Sequence record: NC_071015.1
Reading direction: 5' to 3' (one strand)
DNA: 64,000 nt
This document shows, one piece after another, positions 16,935 to 26,800 of this stretch. The stretch's first letter is position 1; the number at the start of each line of letters is the position of its first letter. A model generated the notes under the pieces. It was not told the DNA's origin. It made no database searches and saw only the letters and a list, made by a program, of their open reading frames with translations. The position numbers and the translations under genes were made by a program.

Positions 16935-17801
16935 TTATGGCTTAGCAATACGGTTTTTCGGATCTAAACCATCCCAGTAGAACTGGTTGATTGCGCTGGC
17001 AATATCACCAATGGTGTAATAGCCTTTATTATCCGCGTCAAAACCTTTGTTCTGAGAATAGAGGAGAGAACCGCTACGCGCTACAACTTCATCTGGGCTC
17101 TTCCCGACATGCGCCGGATAGAAGATAGAAAGATAATAATCTTCCAGATGTTTACACTTCTTGATGTAGCTGTACTTTTCAAAATATTTGAACACGTAGT
17201 CCAGCTGGTCAACAAATGACATTGCTGCCAGTGCGTCCGCTGTGGTACCCAGATCAGGTGCTGTGGATTTCGGCATGAATTGAATCAGACCAACTGCACC
17301 GCTTTTCGGGTTACGAATATCCGGACGGAAGGTACGACCTGTTTCCAACGCATTGCAGGAAAGGATATAAGAAACGTGGTCTAATGGTTTACCCCATTTC
17401 TGCATCCAGGTTTCATATTTGCGTATTCCCGCAGCCGGGACGTTCGGGTGCCCAGACCACGCATACCACAGTTCCGGGAGGCCTTTCGCGACACGGTAGT
17501 GATGGACAAGTAATTCCATCCCGCCAGAAGTGCCACTCCCCCACTTACCATCAATAGTGCGGGTATAAAGACCAACAGCAGCCAGGCCAGTTTGAAGAAG
17601 GTTGAACACTTGGCTTGCATCGTAGCTCCCTTGATAGAGAGGCGTGGAGAAGTTGGGTTGATACGATTGAAGAAGGATTACAAATGCGTCGCGGCAGGTT
17701 TTCCCAAAGAGGCCGTCAATACGGCCTCCATAGAGTCCAACTTCCCGCAACAATGATTGTACCGTTTTAATCGCGAATACATCAGTGTTGGAGTTTGCCA
17801 T
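16935..17801 (-). CDS. modular endolysin: peptidoglycan-binding repeats + lysozyme-like (SLT/GH23-type) domain
   Basis: Two Q-x-x-L...GLY...IDG-x-(F/W)G repeats; ALETG (catalytic Glu)...AVGLIQFMP. Confidence 0.85.
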   Translation of the reverse strand: MANSNTDVFAIKTVQSLLREVGLYGGRIDGLFGKTCRDAFVILLQSYQPNFSTPLYQGSYDASQVFNLLQTGLAAVGLYTRTIDGKWGSGTSGGMELLVHHYRVAKGLPELWYAWSGHPNVPAAGIRKYETWMQKWGKPLDHVSYILSCNALETGRTFRPDIRNPKSGAVGLIQFMPKSTAPDLGTTADALAAMSFVDQLDYVFKYFEKYSYIKKCKHLEDYYLSIFYPAHVGKSPDEVVARSGSLLYSQNKGFDADNKGYYTIGDIASAINQFYWDGLDPKNRIAKP

Positions 17802-20800
17802 CAGTATTTACCGTAAGTAGAAATCAGTCGTTGTGTGTAGACATTGTTAACTTCGTTGGCGACAAGTTTATCACGTAAGCTCAGAACCATTCGGTTCAAC
17901 AGAGACTTCAATGAGAAGGTGATGTCAACAGGTCGTCCATCAACGGTATAGATAGGGTGTTCGTAAATGAACCCGACAGTGCCTTTCATCTGGTTACCGA
18001 CTACAAATTTATCCGCAGTGGTAGTTTTGATTTTGTTGTCAATATAAATATGGACAACGGCAGTGCCCGGATACAGTTTGCTTTTCCCGACTGAGGTGTT
18101 ACCCCCTACGTCACCGGTAGAAGCGGCCAGGTACTTATACTTCGCACTCTTGGCTCGAATCCCATCATACTTCTTAATGAACGTACGCAGTGATTCATCC
18201 CAGTCTTCGATGTCGCCATTGTACTCGACTTCGATTTTGGTGATGACTCCACTTTGTTTTGCTTTCACCTGTTTGATACCAATACGATCTAACCCAGTGA
18301 ACTTATCCGCGTCTTCATACTCAAAGACCGCAGAAACCGGGTTTTGTATGTCACATAGGATCTGGTCGTACTCAACCGTGTCACCCACTTTGACATGCAT
18401 TTTGACCGATTGCTCTTTCTCTGCCTTAAATGTAGTCGGCTTAAGGAATGGAGAGGTCGAGGCTTCAGCAAACCCTTTAACAATGCCAATGGAGTCTTCA
18501 AAGGTAAACTGATCTTCGATGAGGGCAATACGAGCCATCCCTCCAGACATCCACACAACACGGGTTGGGTCAACAATATCTCGTGAGAAGAACATGCTAT
18601 CCCACGCCAACACTTCCCCCGCTTTAAATTCATACCCTACCGCCCGATCGGTAATTTTCAAGTGCTTGTGATATTCACCGGCACCTTTCCCGATCTCATA
18701 CCCTAATGGGAACTTATCTGTCGTTCCATCTTCGTACTCTACCGTCATTCCGTAATCCGTGACTTCGGTTACTTTACCCGCCTTCTTCGTGACAGAGGAA
18801 TAAAGCTCAGAGGTACGGTACGCCAGCACGGAGTCATACGACGTACGCAGTGGGTTTACCACGTAGTTGTCTGCTGCCATTACCTGGCTTTGCTGCACAC
18901 CGGAGAAGAGCGTACGTTTGGTATCGTCTTTGGTGGTTCCGTACAGAAGGTTCATGACCACAGAGCCACGTCCTGCTGGGGTTGTCTTCATCGAGGTATC
19001 GACATTACCATAAAGGTCAGTAATTTTAGCATCAGAGGTGAGATACCCAATGAAGCCTACTTTACCGGAGTCTTTACCCGCTTCTGACACGATCCCCTCG
19101 TAGTTAGGTAACTGTCCACGAGTACGACGCACCATTGCCCGATCGGAACGACCCAGGGTTCCGCCGAAGGTGTATTCCTCTTGAGACTTGACTTGGTGAA
19201 CCGGGTTCACTTCCTCAGTAGCCTGGCAGGAGGAGTCAGTAATAATGTTCATCATTACTGCTTCAGGGTTAAGGTCGAATGTTTTCTTGCCGTTATTCGG
19301 CTTGTTACGGTACTGACGGGTAGCTTTCACCAATTCACGGTAAACGTGACCAGCGAAACGCTCATACCCCACAAAACGCTGTTCAGTGATTTCGATCTCG
19401 TGTTTGGACTCGTTATTAAGCAGTAACTTCACCGCCTCAATAATCAACTTGTCCATAAAGGTTGGGTACTTGTATTTCTCCAACAGGCGTTTGGTAATCG
19501 GGTCGATGAACATGTCATAGATCATGGCCATCTCTTTGAAGTGCGTCGGTTTCACGCGAGCATCTCCCACCAAACCAAACCACACATTCGGATCATCCAA
19601 ATGCGAACGCGAGAAGTTACCCAGATTCGGTAACTTACGTAATCCCGAAAGAATCAAAGTGGCGAGTTCGTCACGGCGGTTAAAGACCAGACGTTCATCA
19701 GCAAAGACCACCATGTACTCATCAGCATTTAACTGCGCGCGTTGATCCGGGTCTAAAGTGCGGTATTCGACTTTCAGCATCTTCATCAGTTTGCTGAACC
19801 CAATCCAATACGACAGTACAACCACCACCGGGAAACGATACCCGTTGATATTGACCGTGGCCGTTGGAATAGGAGCCTTACCCACATTCAAACCTAAGAT
19901 CTCTTCGATGTATCCACGTTCCTCACCGTCCACTGTCACAAGGCCAGTTGAATCGATCAGGATAGGTGCATCGCCCTCAAAGCCTAACACCCAGCTACTC
20001 TCGTTACAGAGCTTCGCCAGCTCACGTTGCTTGGCTTTGTCTTCAAACGCTTCAATCATTCCCACCGTGTCAAAGTTAAAGTGATAATCCGGCGTATCGA
20101 TAGATTTAAAACGACCGGCCAGGATGCTGTAATAATAGCACACTTTGTCTTTTGGTGGTTTGAATCCACCCAGACTGACTTTGACAGACTTATCGTTGTA
20201 CGAACGTTCAATGATCGATGCTTTTAACCAACGACCGTAATCGTCGACTTTCATCGTTGAACGTTCCACCATCACTTTCTTATCATAATACGAAGTGAGG
20301 GCAACTTTGGTCGGTGTGATCTTACGGATCGGTAATTCCATACGCATCAGCTGAGCATATGACTTCACCCCGTTGATGGTAAAGGTACCGTCCGGCTCCA
20401 CTTTTGGAATACGCATACGACGCGTAGACTGTGACCCTTTAATGGGCTGGAAGCGCATGGTATAAACATCGTACTTGGAATCCGCTGTTACGATCGTTTC
20501 ACGGTCCATGCCCGTTAAGGCAATCTTTCCGTTCTGAGCATGAAGAACCATCTCCATGATGTTACGATCCAGCATTCCAGAGGTGATGTATTCACGACGC
20601 AGTTCTTCTGTGGAAGAATGCAGGGCGGATTTATCCCGTACCACCAAACTGTCCGGAGAGAGAGTTTCACGCTTGAGCTGCATGTCTTGCGGTTTAATGT
20701 CCGCAATCTCTTCCAGAGACCGCCCACCGATTTCAATGTTCTTATAGGACATTGCTGCATCCACAAAGAACTCCATTTCCCGGCTGGTTAGCTGACCCGT

Positions 20801-22186
20801 TTTACTGAGTTCTTCTAACTCGCGTTCAATAGCGGTCGTCGGGGTGTATTTGGCTGCCGGTGCAGACAGGGTTGCCGTTTCAACGTTTACTCGTTCAAAG
20901 ACTTCGTCATCGATGTCCTTGCCCCATTCGCTTTGATCGGCCTCATAGTTATCCTCAGTATCTGCTCCGTCTGTAATGACGACAGGTGCTTGAGGATCAG
21001 CCGTTTCTCCCTGATTTCCGACGGTGTCATCCGATACAGGATCGCTTCTCTTAGGGCGGGTGTAAAGGTCAGCCAGAGAATCAGACACACTATCAGCACC
21101 CACAGGGGGATCTTCGACAGGAATTTCGATTGTCGACGTTTCATTTCGAGAGGTACCTTTTCGAGATCCTTTCTCTTCATCGTCGCTGTTATTTTCTTCT
21201 GGCTCATCTTCTTCAAAGTGCTCTATAGCTTCAGAAACGGGGGAGACCAGATTTATCAAATTAAGATAGAACCGTTTAAAGTAGTTAATCTTAATTGTAC
21301 TTGGTTGGGTGTCCTGCGGTTTGTCAGAATACGCAATCAGGTTAATGATGTTCTGGAGATTGACAATCCAGCACTTCCCGTTGTAGGTGAAGATGATCTC
21401 CAACTGCCGACGAGCTTCTTCATTTAACTTGTTGAATAGACTGTACTTAACGTTATCGAACCCCATCAGGATTCCAAAGAGGTCAAGCAACCAGTAAGAT
21501 TGTTCAGCCTGGAACGGAGACAGTGTCATACGGTCGTACTTCACAATCTCCCCGTCTTCATTAAAGAACTTCTTGTAGCGTTCAAACATCAGCTGCAGGT
21601 TCTTATATGACGGGAATGTCCGCGGAAGAGGAATCTCGATAAATTGGTGTTTATTAAATTTGCTGAACTCGTTAACCGACGTCAACAGAGTGTGCAGCGT
21701 GTTGTATTTAATTTGGAACGGGGTAAAGATCGTTCTGCGTTTATAGACAATCGGTAATTGCCCGATCGCCAAGTTGTTTACCAGCAGTTCTTGTTCTTTA
21801 CCGATTACAGACGTAAAGTTACGGGTGCGGTGATAAAGGAAGTGAGATCCTTCATAACCTTTGATCGCCGAGCTGAGTTGCATGTTAACCATGCGCGTCG
21901 AACCGAGCACCACGTCATAGTTCACGTTGAAAAACATATTGATGCGTTTGTCAAAGTTACTGATGAACGGTGCTACGTTACTGGGACCGATTTCACCCGG
22001 GTACTGTTGTTGATAGTGAATGAGGGAGTTGCGTGGCAGCATGATATCCCCGATCGCAGTGTATCGGGGAGAGATCACATCGTTAATCTTTTCACGGGTG
22101 CCGTACAGCTTAACAAACATGCTGTACATTAACGCCTCATTCCCCATAACTTCAGCAAATACGTTATAGGGGATGTCGTTGTGCAT
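17801..22186 (-). CDS. rpoB: virion RNA polymerase beta subunit, N-terminal part (phiKZ gp178-like)
   Basis: 1461 aa; FTINGVKS, SEAGKDSGKVG, DDTKR, FTFEDSI and DKFVVGNQMKGTV beta motifs. Confidence 0.92.
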   Translation of the reverse strand: MHNDIPYNVFAEVMGNEALMYSMFVKLYGTREKINDVISPRYTAIGDIMLPRNSLIHYQQQYPGEIGPSNVAPFISNFDKRINMFFNVNYDVVLGSTRMVNMQLSSAIKGYEGSHFLYHRTRNFTSVIGKEQELLVNNLAIGQLPIVYKRRTIFTPFQIKYNTLHTLLTSVNEFSKFNKHQFIEIPLPRTFPSYKNLQLMFERYKKFFNEDGEIVKYDRMTLSPFQAEQSYWLLDLFGILMGFDNVKYSLFNKLNEEARRQLEIIFTYNGKCWIVNLQNIINLIAYSDKPQDTQPSTIKINYFKRFYLNLINLVSPVSEAIEHFEEDEPEENNSDDEEKGSRKGTSRNETSTIEIPVEDPPVGADSVSDSLADLYTRPKRSDPVSDDTVGNQGETADPQAPVVITDGADTEDNYEADQSEWGKDIDDEVFERVNVETATLSAPAAKYTPTTAIERELEELSKTGQLTSREMEFFVDAAMSYKNIEIGGRSLEEIADIKPQDMQLKRETLSPDSLVVRDKSALHSSTEELRREYITSGMLDRNIMEMVLHAQNGKIALTGMDRETIVTADSKYDVYTMRFQPIKGSQSTRRMRIPKVEPDGTFTINGVKSYAQLMRMELPIRKITPTKVALTSYYDKKVMVERSTMKVDDYGRWLKASIIERSYNDKSVKVSLGGFKPPKDKVCYYYSILAGRFKSIDTPDYHFNFDTVGMIEAFEDKAKQRELAKLCNESSWVLGFEGDAPILIDSTGLVTVDGEERGYIEEILGLNVGKAPIPTATVNINGYRFPVVVVLSYWIGFSKLMKMLKVEYRTLDPDQRAQLNADEYMVVFADERLVFNRRDELATLILSGLRKLPNLGNFSRSHLDDPNVWFGLVGDARVKPTHFKEMAMIYDMFIDPITKRLLEKYKYPTFMDKLIIEAVKLLLNNESKHEIEITEQRFVGYERFAGHVYRELVKATRQYRNKPNNGKKTFDLNPEAVMMNIITDSSCQATEEVNPVHQVKSQEEYTFGGTLGRSDRAMVRRTRGQLPNYEGIVSEAGKDSGKVGFIGYLTSDAKITDLYGNVDTSMKTTPAGRGSVVMNLLYGTTKDDTKRTLFSGVQQSQVMAADNYVVNPLRTSYDSVLAYRTSELYSSVTKKAGKVTEVTDYGMTVEYEDGTTDKFPLGYEIGKGAGEYHKHLKITDRAVGYEFKAGEVLAWDSMFFSRDIVDPTRVVWMSGGMARIALIEDQFTFEDSIGIVKGFAEASTSPFLKPTTFKAEKEQSVKMHVKVGDTVEYDQILCDIQNPVSAVFEYEDADKFTGLDRIGIKQVKAKQSGVITKIEVEYNGDIEDWDESLRTFIKKYDGIRAKSAKYKYLAASTGDVGGNTSVGKSKLYPGTAVVHIYIDNKIKTTTADKFVVGNQMKGTVGFIYEHPIYTVDGRPVDITFSLKSLLNRMVLSLRDKLVANEVNNVYTQRLISTYGKY

Positions 22187-23805
22187 TACGATAATCCATT
22201 AGTCAATGAGCGCAAAAGGAATTCATGAGGTTCTTGTACCGGGTCATAAAGGAAATCCCCGGATCCCGAGATGTAGAATTCACGTTTACCAAACAACTCT
22301 TCGATTTCTCGAATGGAGTCTTCTGCCATGATGGAGTTTGCGGATAACGCATCGCCATCGAAGTCACCCCCGGCTAACCCTAAGCGGATGTTCGCAATGG
22401 ACATGCCGTCAAAGTAGCTTGGGTTTTTGGTGTAGGCTGGGAAGAAGTTGTATTTGGTAATCGCGGTCTGCCCATCAATATCCAGTAAGGTACGTTCCCC
22501 GGATGTTGAATTGGTAGGCATGACAAAAACACGGCTCGGGTAGATAGACCCTATCCCAGTAATTGGGTATCGAGTAACCTGCAACATTTTCTTTTCAATG
22601 GCAGGTACACACTGCATATAGAAGAACTGAGTGTACGTTACCGGTCGCACCAGTTTCCGATCCATGCCTTCTGGCAGGTCATCGATGTCGTGCAACAGCA
22701 TCACGTTCTTGCCGTCGTCGTACACCAAACCTAAGTAGTGTCCCGCCACCCGAATGTCGCGGTTACGTAAGTTAGGACTGCCGTATCCGTTGAACAAGGA
22801 AGTCAAACCGTCACTGGAGGTGAACTTATCCACTACCGTGGAATCCACTTCCACATACGTACTGTTCAGCGTTTTAGGGTCGACCAGTCGGGCCATGCCC
22901 ATGCCGGAGGTAAACACCTCACTCAGGAAGCCGTTTGCTAGCTCATGAATGGCCACCAGGTTAAAGCCGAGCAGTGCCTGGTACAAACCAATGATGGTGG
23001 AGTTCGGATCCCCAGTAACGTTAGCGTCCGCATTTTCAACCGACACTTTACGAGATGTAATAACGTTACGAGTTGCTCCAAAAATTGCACGACGTGACAT
23101 GCGACGTTGCATGAACCCACGTTTACCTTCCTGCATTTTAAAGAGGAAGTCAGCAATGTTATTAAAACTCTCCTGCAATCCCCAGCGGATGTTATCGTAA
23201 ACCGGGTCGGTAAGATCGATGTTGCGTACGTTCAGTGATTTGCTGCGGAAGATCAGTTTCCGGTACAGGTCATTGATTTCATTTTCAGTGACCACCCCGT
23301 TCATCATTTCAATGTCACGGATACCGGCAGGGATAACTAGCACCTTGCTGGACAGAGCTTGTTCCCGGAATAACTCAACCAGGTCGATCTTCTGTTTACG
23401 TTTGAACGATTCGTTTTGTTTGGGATCGAGTTCATGGAAATGAGACATAAAGAAGGCAAAGCCCGTGTCTCCTTCCAGCATGTTGGATTTTATGAAATCC
23501 TTCTCAGATTCGTCCCATGTGGCGTATGCTTTACCCTTGATAATTTCGCCGTACAATCCTTTCAACTGGATCAGTGCTTTGAAATAGGTCGGGTTAAAGA
23601 TGGGAAGAGTAACATCAATGTATGATTCGGTTTTATCACGTTCGTCGGTACCAACACGTCCGAAGATAGCCGTTGAATATAAGCCGTCATCATTAAGGTT
23701 ACTCGTTTGCCCCTCAAATGCGTCAGCCACTGTGACTGGCTTCATGAGAGGCCAAGGTACTTTGTTGGGATTCAACAAAGTAAAGTTAGTAGGTTTTCTG
23801 CTCAT
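22186..23805 (-). CDS. rpoC: virion RNA polymerase beta' subunit, N-terminal/catalytic part (phiKZ gp180-like)
   Basis: GLYSTAIFG, VLVIPAGIRD, EGKRG, RYP and catalytic GGDFDGD. Confidence 0.93.
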   Translation of the reverse strand: MSRKPTNFTLLNPNKVPWPLMKPVTVADAFEGQTSNLNDDGLYSTAIFGRVGTDERDKTESYIDVTLPIFNPTYFKALIQLKGLYGEIIKGKAYATWDESEKDFIKSNMLEGDTGFAFFMSHFHELDPKQNESFKRKQKIDLVELFREQALSSKVLVIPAGIRDIEMMNGVVTENEINDLYRKLIFRSKSLNVRNIDLTDPVYDNIRWGLQESFNNIADFLFKMQEGKRGFMQRRMSRRAIFGATRNVITSRKVSVENADANVTGDPNSTIIGLYQALLGFNLVAIHELANGFLSEVFTSGMGMARLVDPKTLNSTYVEVDSTVVDKFTSSDGLTSLFNGYGSPNLRNRDIRVAGHYLGLVYDDGKNVMLLHDIDDLPEGMDRKLVRPVTYTQFFYMQCVPAIEKKMLQVTRYPITGIGSIYPSRVFVMPTNSTSGERTLLDIDGQTAITKYNFFPAYTKNPSYFDGMSIANIRLGLAGGDFDGDALSANSIMAEDSIREIEELFGKREFYISGSGDFLYDPVQEPHEFLLRSLTNGLS

Positions 23806-23835
23806 TTCTGAGTTATCCTAAAACGAGGGTAAAAT

Positions 23836-26800
23836 ATGGCTAGCGACGATTACGAAATCAATTGGGATGATGATCCCTTTGGTGGAGATATCGATTTTGA
23901 CATGGATTTCAACATGGATCCGTTCGCTGGTAAAGGGTTCTTCCGTTCAGTTGCCACCGGGTTCTTATCCGGCTTGGTGGACGAATCGGTCGGTACAAAT
24001 GAAGCACGTTTCAGAACGCTGCGCACTGTGTTACCGGACTCCTTTAGCAACGCCCTTGACAGAGTAAGCTTCGTTAAAGATCGTATCGATGAACTCGCTC
24101 AAGAGTTCAAAGAAGAAAACGCTCAGTCCGCCAAATCCTTACAAAACATTGCTTCCCACCTCAATCAGAGAATGGCTGGCAAACTCCCAGGTTTTGTACA
24201 GAACGGATTGAATAATTTCAGCGAAAAAGACTTCTCGTCCTGGGAACGACTGGATCCTCAAAATCCAAATTTCAACAACCGCATGGAAAGTACGAGTGAA
24301 GGAGATGTCGATCAAGCTATCGATCTCGCCAGCAACACTCAAGCTGGAATGTTCAATTCACTCGGTGAATCCCTGAACAACATGACGGTTGCGGCCACTT
24401 CTGCTATTCAATCAGCCATCGGTTCCGGAAACCGTCAGCTGGTAAATATAGAAGGGACCATGCGTGACATGCTCGATTACCACCGTAACTTCGAGGCACG
24501 CATCCACACTGCTCAACTCAGTCTCGCTGCCCGCAGCTACGTTCAAGACGCCAAGTTCTATAAGTTTATGGAAGCAGGCGTTCACGCTGAAGTCACCGAG
24601 CTGAAAAAGATTGCGAAGTTTGCCTCGCAAAGTGATTACGAAAAAACCAGCACGTACACGGCATCAAAAGCGTATGTGCGTAACAAACTGTTCAGTACAG
24701 TCGGTAAACGTCTGGGTGGTCTTACCGGCCTGCTTAAAGATCGTTTTGGTAAAGACAGTCGCAGTGAGGCGTATTCTGTTTTTGGCAGTTTGATTAACAA
24801 CGTGTCAGACGGCATTGACATGGCGGGCGATACTGGAATGTCCCGTGGCATGCTGGGTGACATTCTGGGTAAAATGGTTGCGGGTGTGGCGATTGAACAA
24901 TTGCCAGTGTTCTTTACCCGTGGTCCAGGTAAACGTGCCATCGATAAGATGACCAAGCTTTACCCTGAACAAGCCGCCTATATAAAAGGTCAAGTTGAGA
25001 AACTGACTGAAATGGGCCACGTGGCATCGTACGTTTCTACCTCAGGTGTGGGATTGTTAAACCATGCTGCGGAAAACTACCAAGCCATGGACGAGATGAA
25101 GTTTGTTGACTACGAAGATTATGTCGACAGTCTTGAACCTGGTGAGAAACCCCTTCCTAAAGCGATGTGGTCCCTGTTAAACACAGGCAGCAACAAAATG
25201 AAGGAGTCCATTAACAAGTTGATGTCAGACGCCACGAAAGCGCGCGGAACTCAATACGTTCTGCAACGCCGTAACGTGAAAGATCTGAATCAGCCTGGTA
25301 TATGGAAAGAGATGAACAACATCACGCTGAATGAAGTTCTTCCGGGACTGATTTCAAAGACCAACCAGATTCTGGAGCAATTTAGAACAGGTCGTGATGA
25401 TGTTGAAGCAGTCAGCTATAACTACATGCGCGGGCAGTTCCAAACTGACACCCAGAAACGTATTTCAGTGCAAGCTGACTTGATGCCACACGGTGAGTTC
25501 CAACGTTACGCACAAGCTTCTCTTAACTTGGTTGACGGACTGGACCCGGATAAGCTGCTTTCTCCGGCTGCCCGTAAAGCGTTCGCTCAGATCATCGCCA
25601 AAGATATCGATGCGGAGATGGGCTTTAACCCATACTTCTATTTGGGTGAGATCAAAGGGGTTTCTCCTGAACAGCAAAAAGAAATCCATGCTGTTCTGAT
25701 GCGCCATTTCGGAATTACCACCGAAGATGTACAGACCTATAACCAGTCAGACAGTTTCCAGCGTTTAAAACAGATGTCGAACATGCCGACCTCTGAGGGA
25801 CGTGAACGTTTAAATGCGACCTCTGCTTCAGCAGCCAACATTAAACAGAACTTCCCGAACGTAGCTGAACGCATCGACCTGTTACGCTCTACCGGTAATG
25901 AACAGTTGTTGCGTGACCTCGGTGTGATTTACACGGAGAACGGAATTGACAAGATCAACATGCAAGCGTTCCATGATCGTATTGGGATGTACATGGATGA
26001 TCCGAACAACCCGTTACTGCGTGGCGTGGCTCCTGGAACAGACACCAAAATCCCAACGGTAGCGAACCCGTTCAACCCAGTGGGAAGTGCAGGTCCAACC
26101 GCTAACCCGTATGAAGGATTGACAAGCGTCCTCGGTAAGTTGAACGACCAGCTGTCTAATCTGAAACTCCCAGAGCCAGTGAAAGCCGACTCAGCCTCTC
26201 CGCTGGTCAACTTTGATGCGGCAACGGGTGAGTTGACGGATATAAAGGAAAGCAACCGCGGGATTCTGGATAAGATCACCAACCTTGACAGTTTGATGAA
26301 GTCAATGGTGGATTTGGCTAACAGTGGAAAACTGATCACCGGTAAAGCTGATACCACGTCTGACGAGAAAGCCGAGGAACGAACCAAGAAATCATTGCTG
26401 CAGCGTTTCAGAGGGATTCTGCCTACCAACATGATGGACCGGGGGATGAAGTTCATCCTCAGCCGTAACCCGATGGTACTGGGTGGCATGCTCGGCATGG
26501 TGGGCTCGCAATTCTTTCAGAATCCATTAGCTTCAGTTGCAGTTGCCGGTGGGGGACTGCTATTAGGAGCGGCGATAAGCCACTATAAAAGTCGCAACGG
26601 TGGAACTGCATCAGAAGGCGCTGAACCGTCTGATGATGAAGACATTCTGGATGAGACCGGTGAACCGATCCTGAAAGCTGCAAAGCTTAAAGCCGGTGAG
26701 TATTTCGATGCGGCAACCAAACAGGTCATTAAAACCTGGAACGATATCCGTGGTCCCATTTGGGATGCGGTCAGTAAAACGGTAATCGGTGCCCGTGATT

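Noticed and set aside
17801-23805. Possible introns or inteins in the vRNAP genes
   Set aside because: ORFs are continuous, sizes match uninterrupted homologs as recalled, and no HINT or homing-endonuclease motifs are seen
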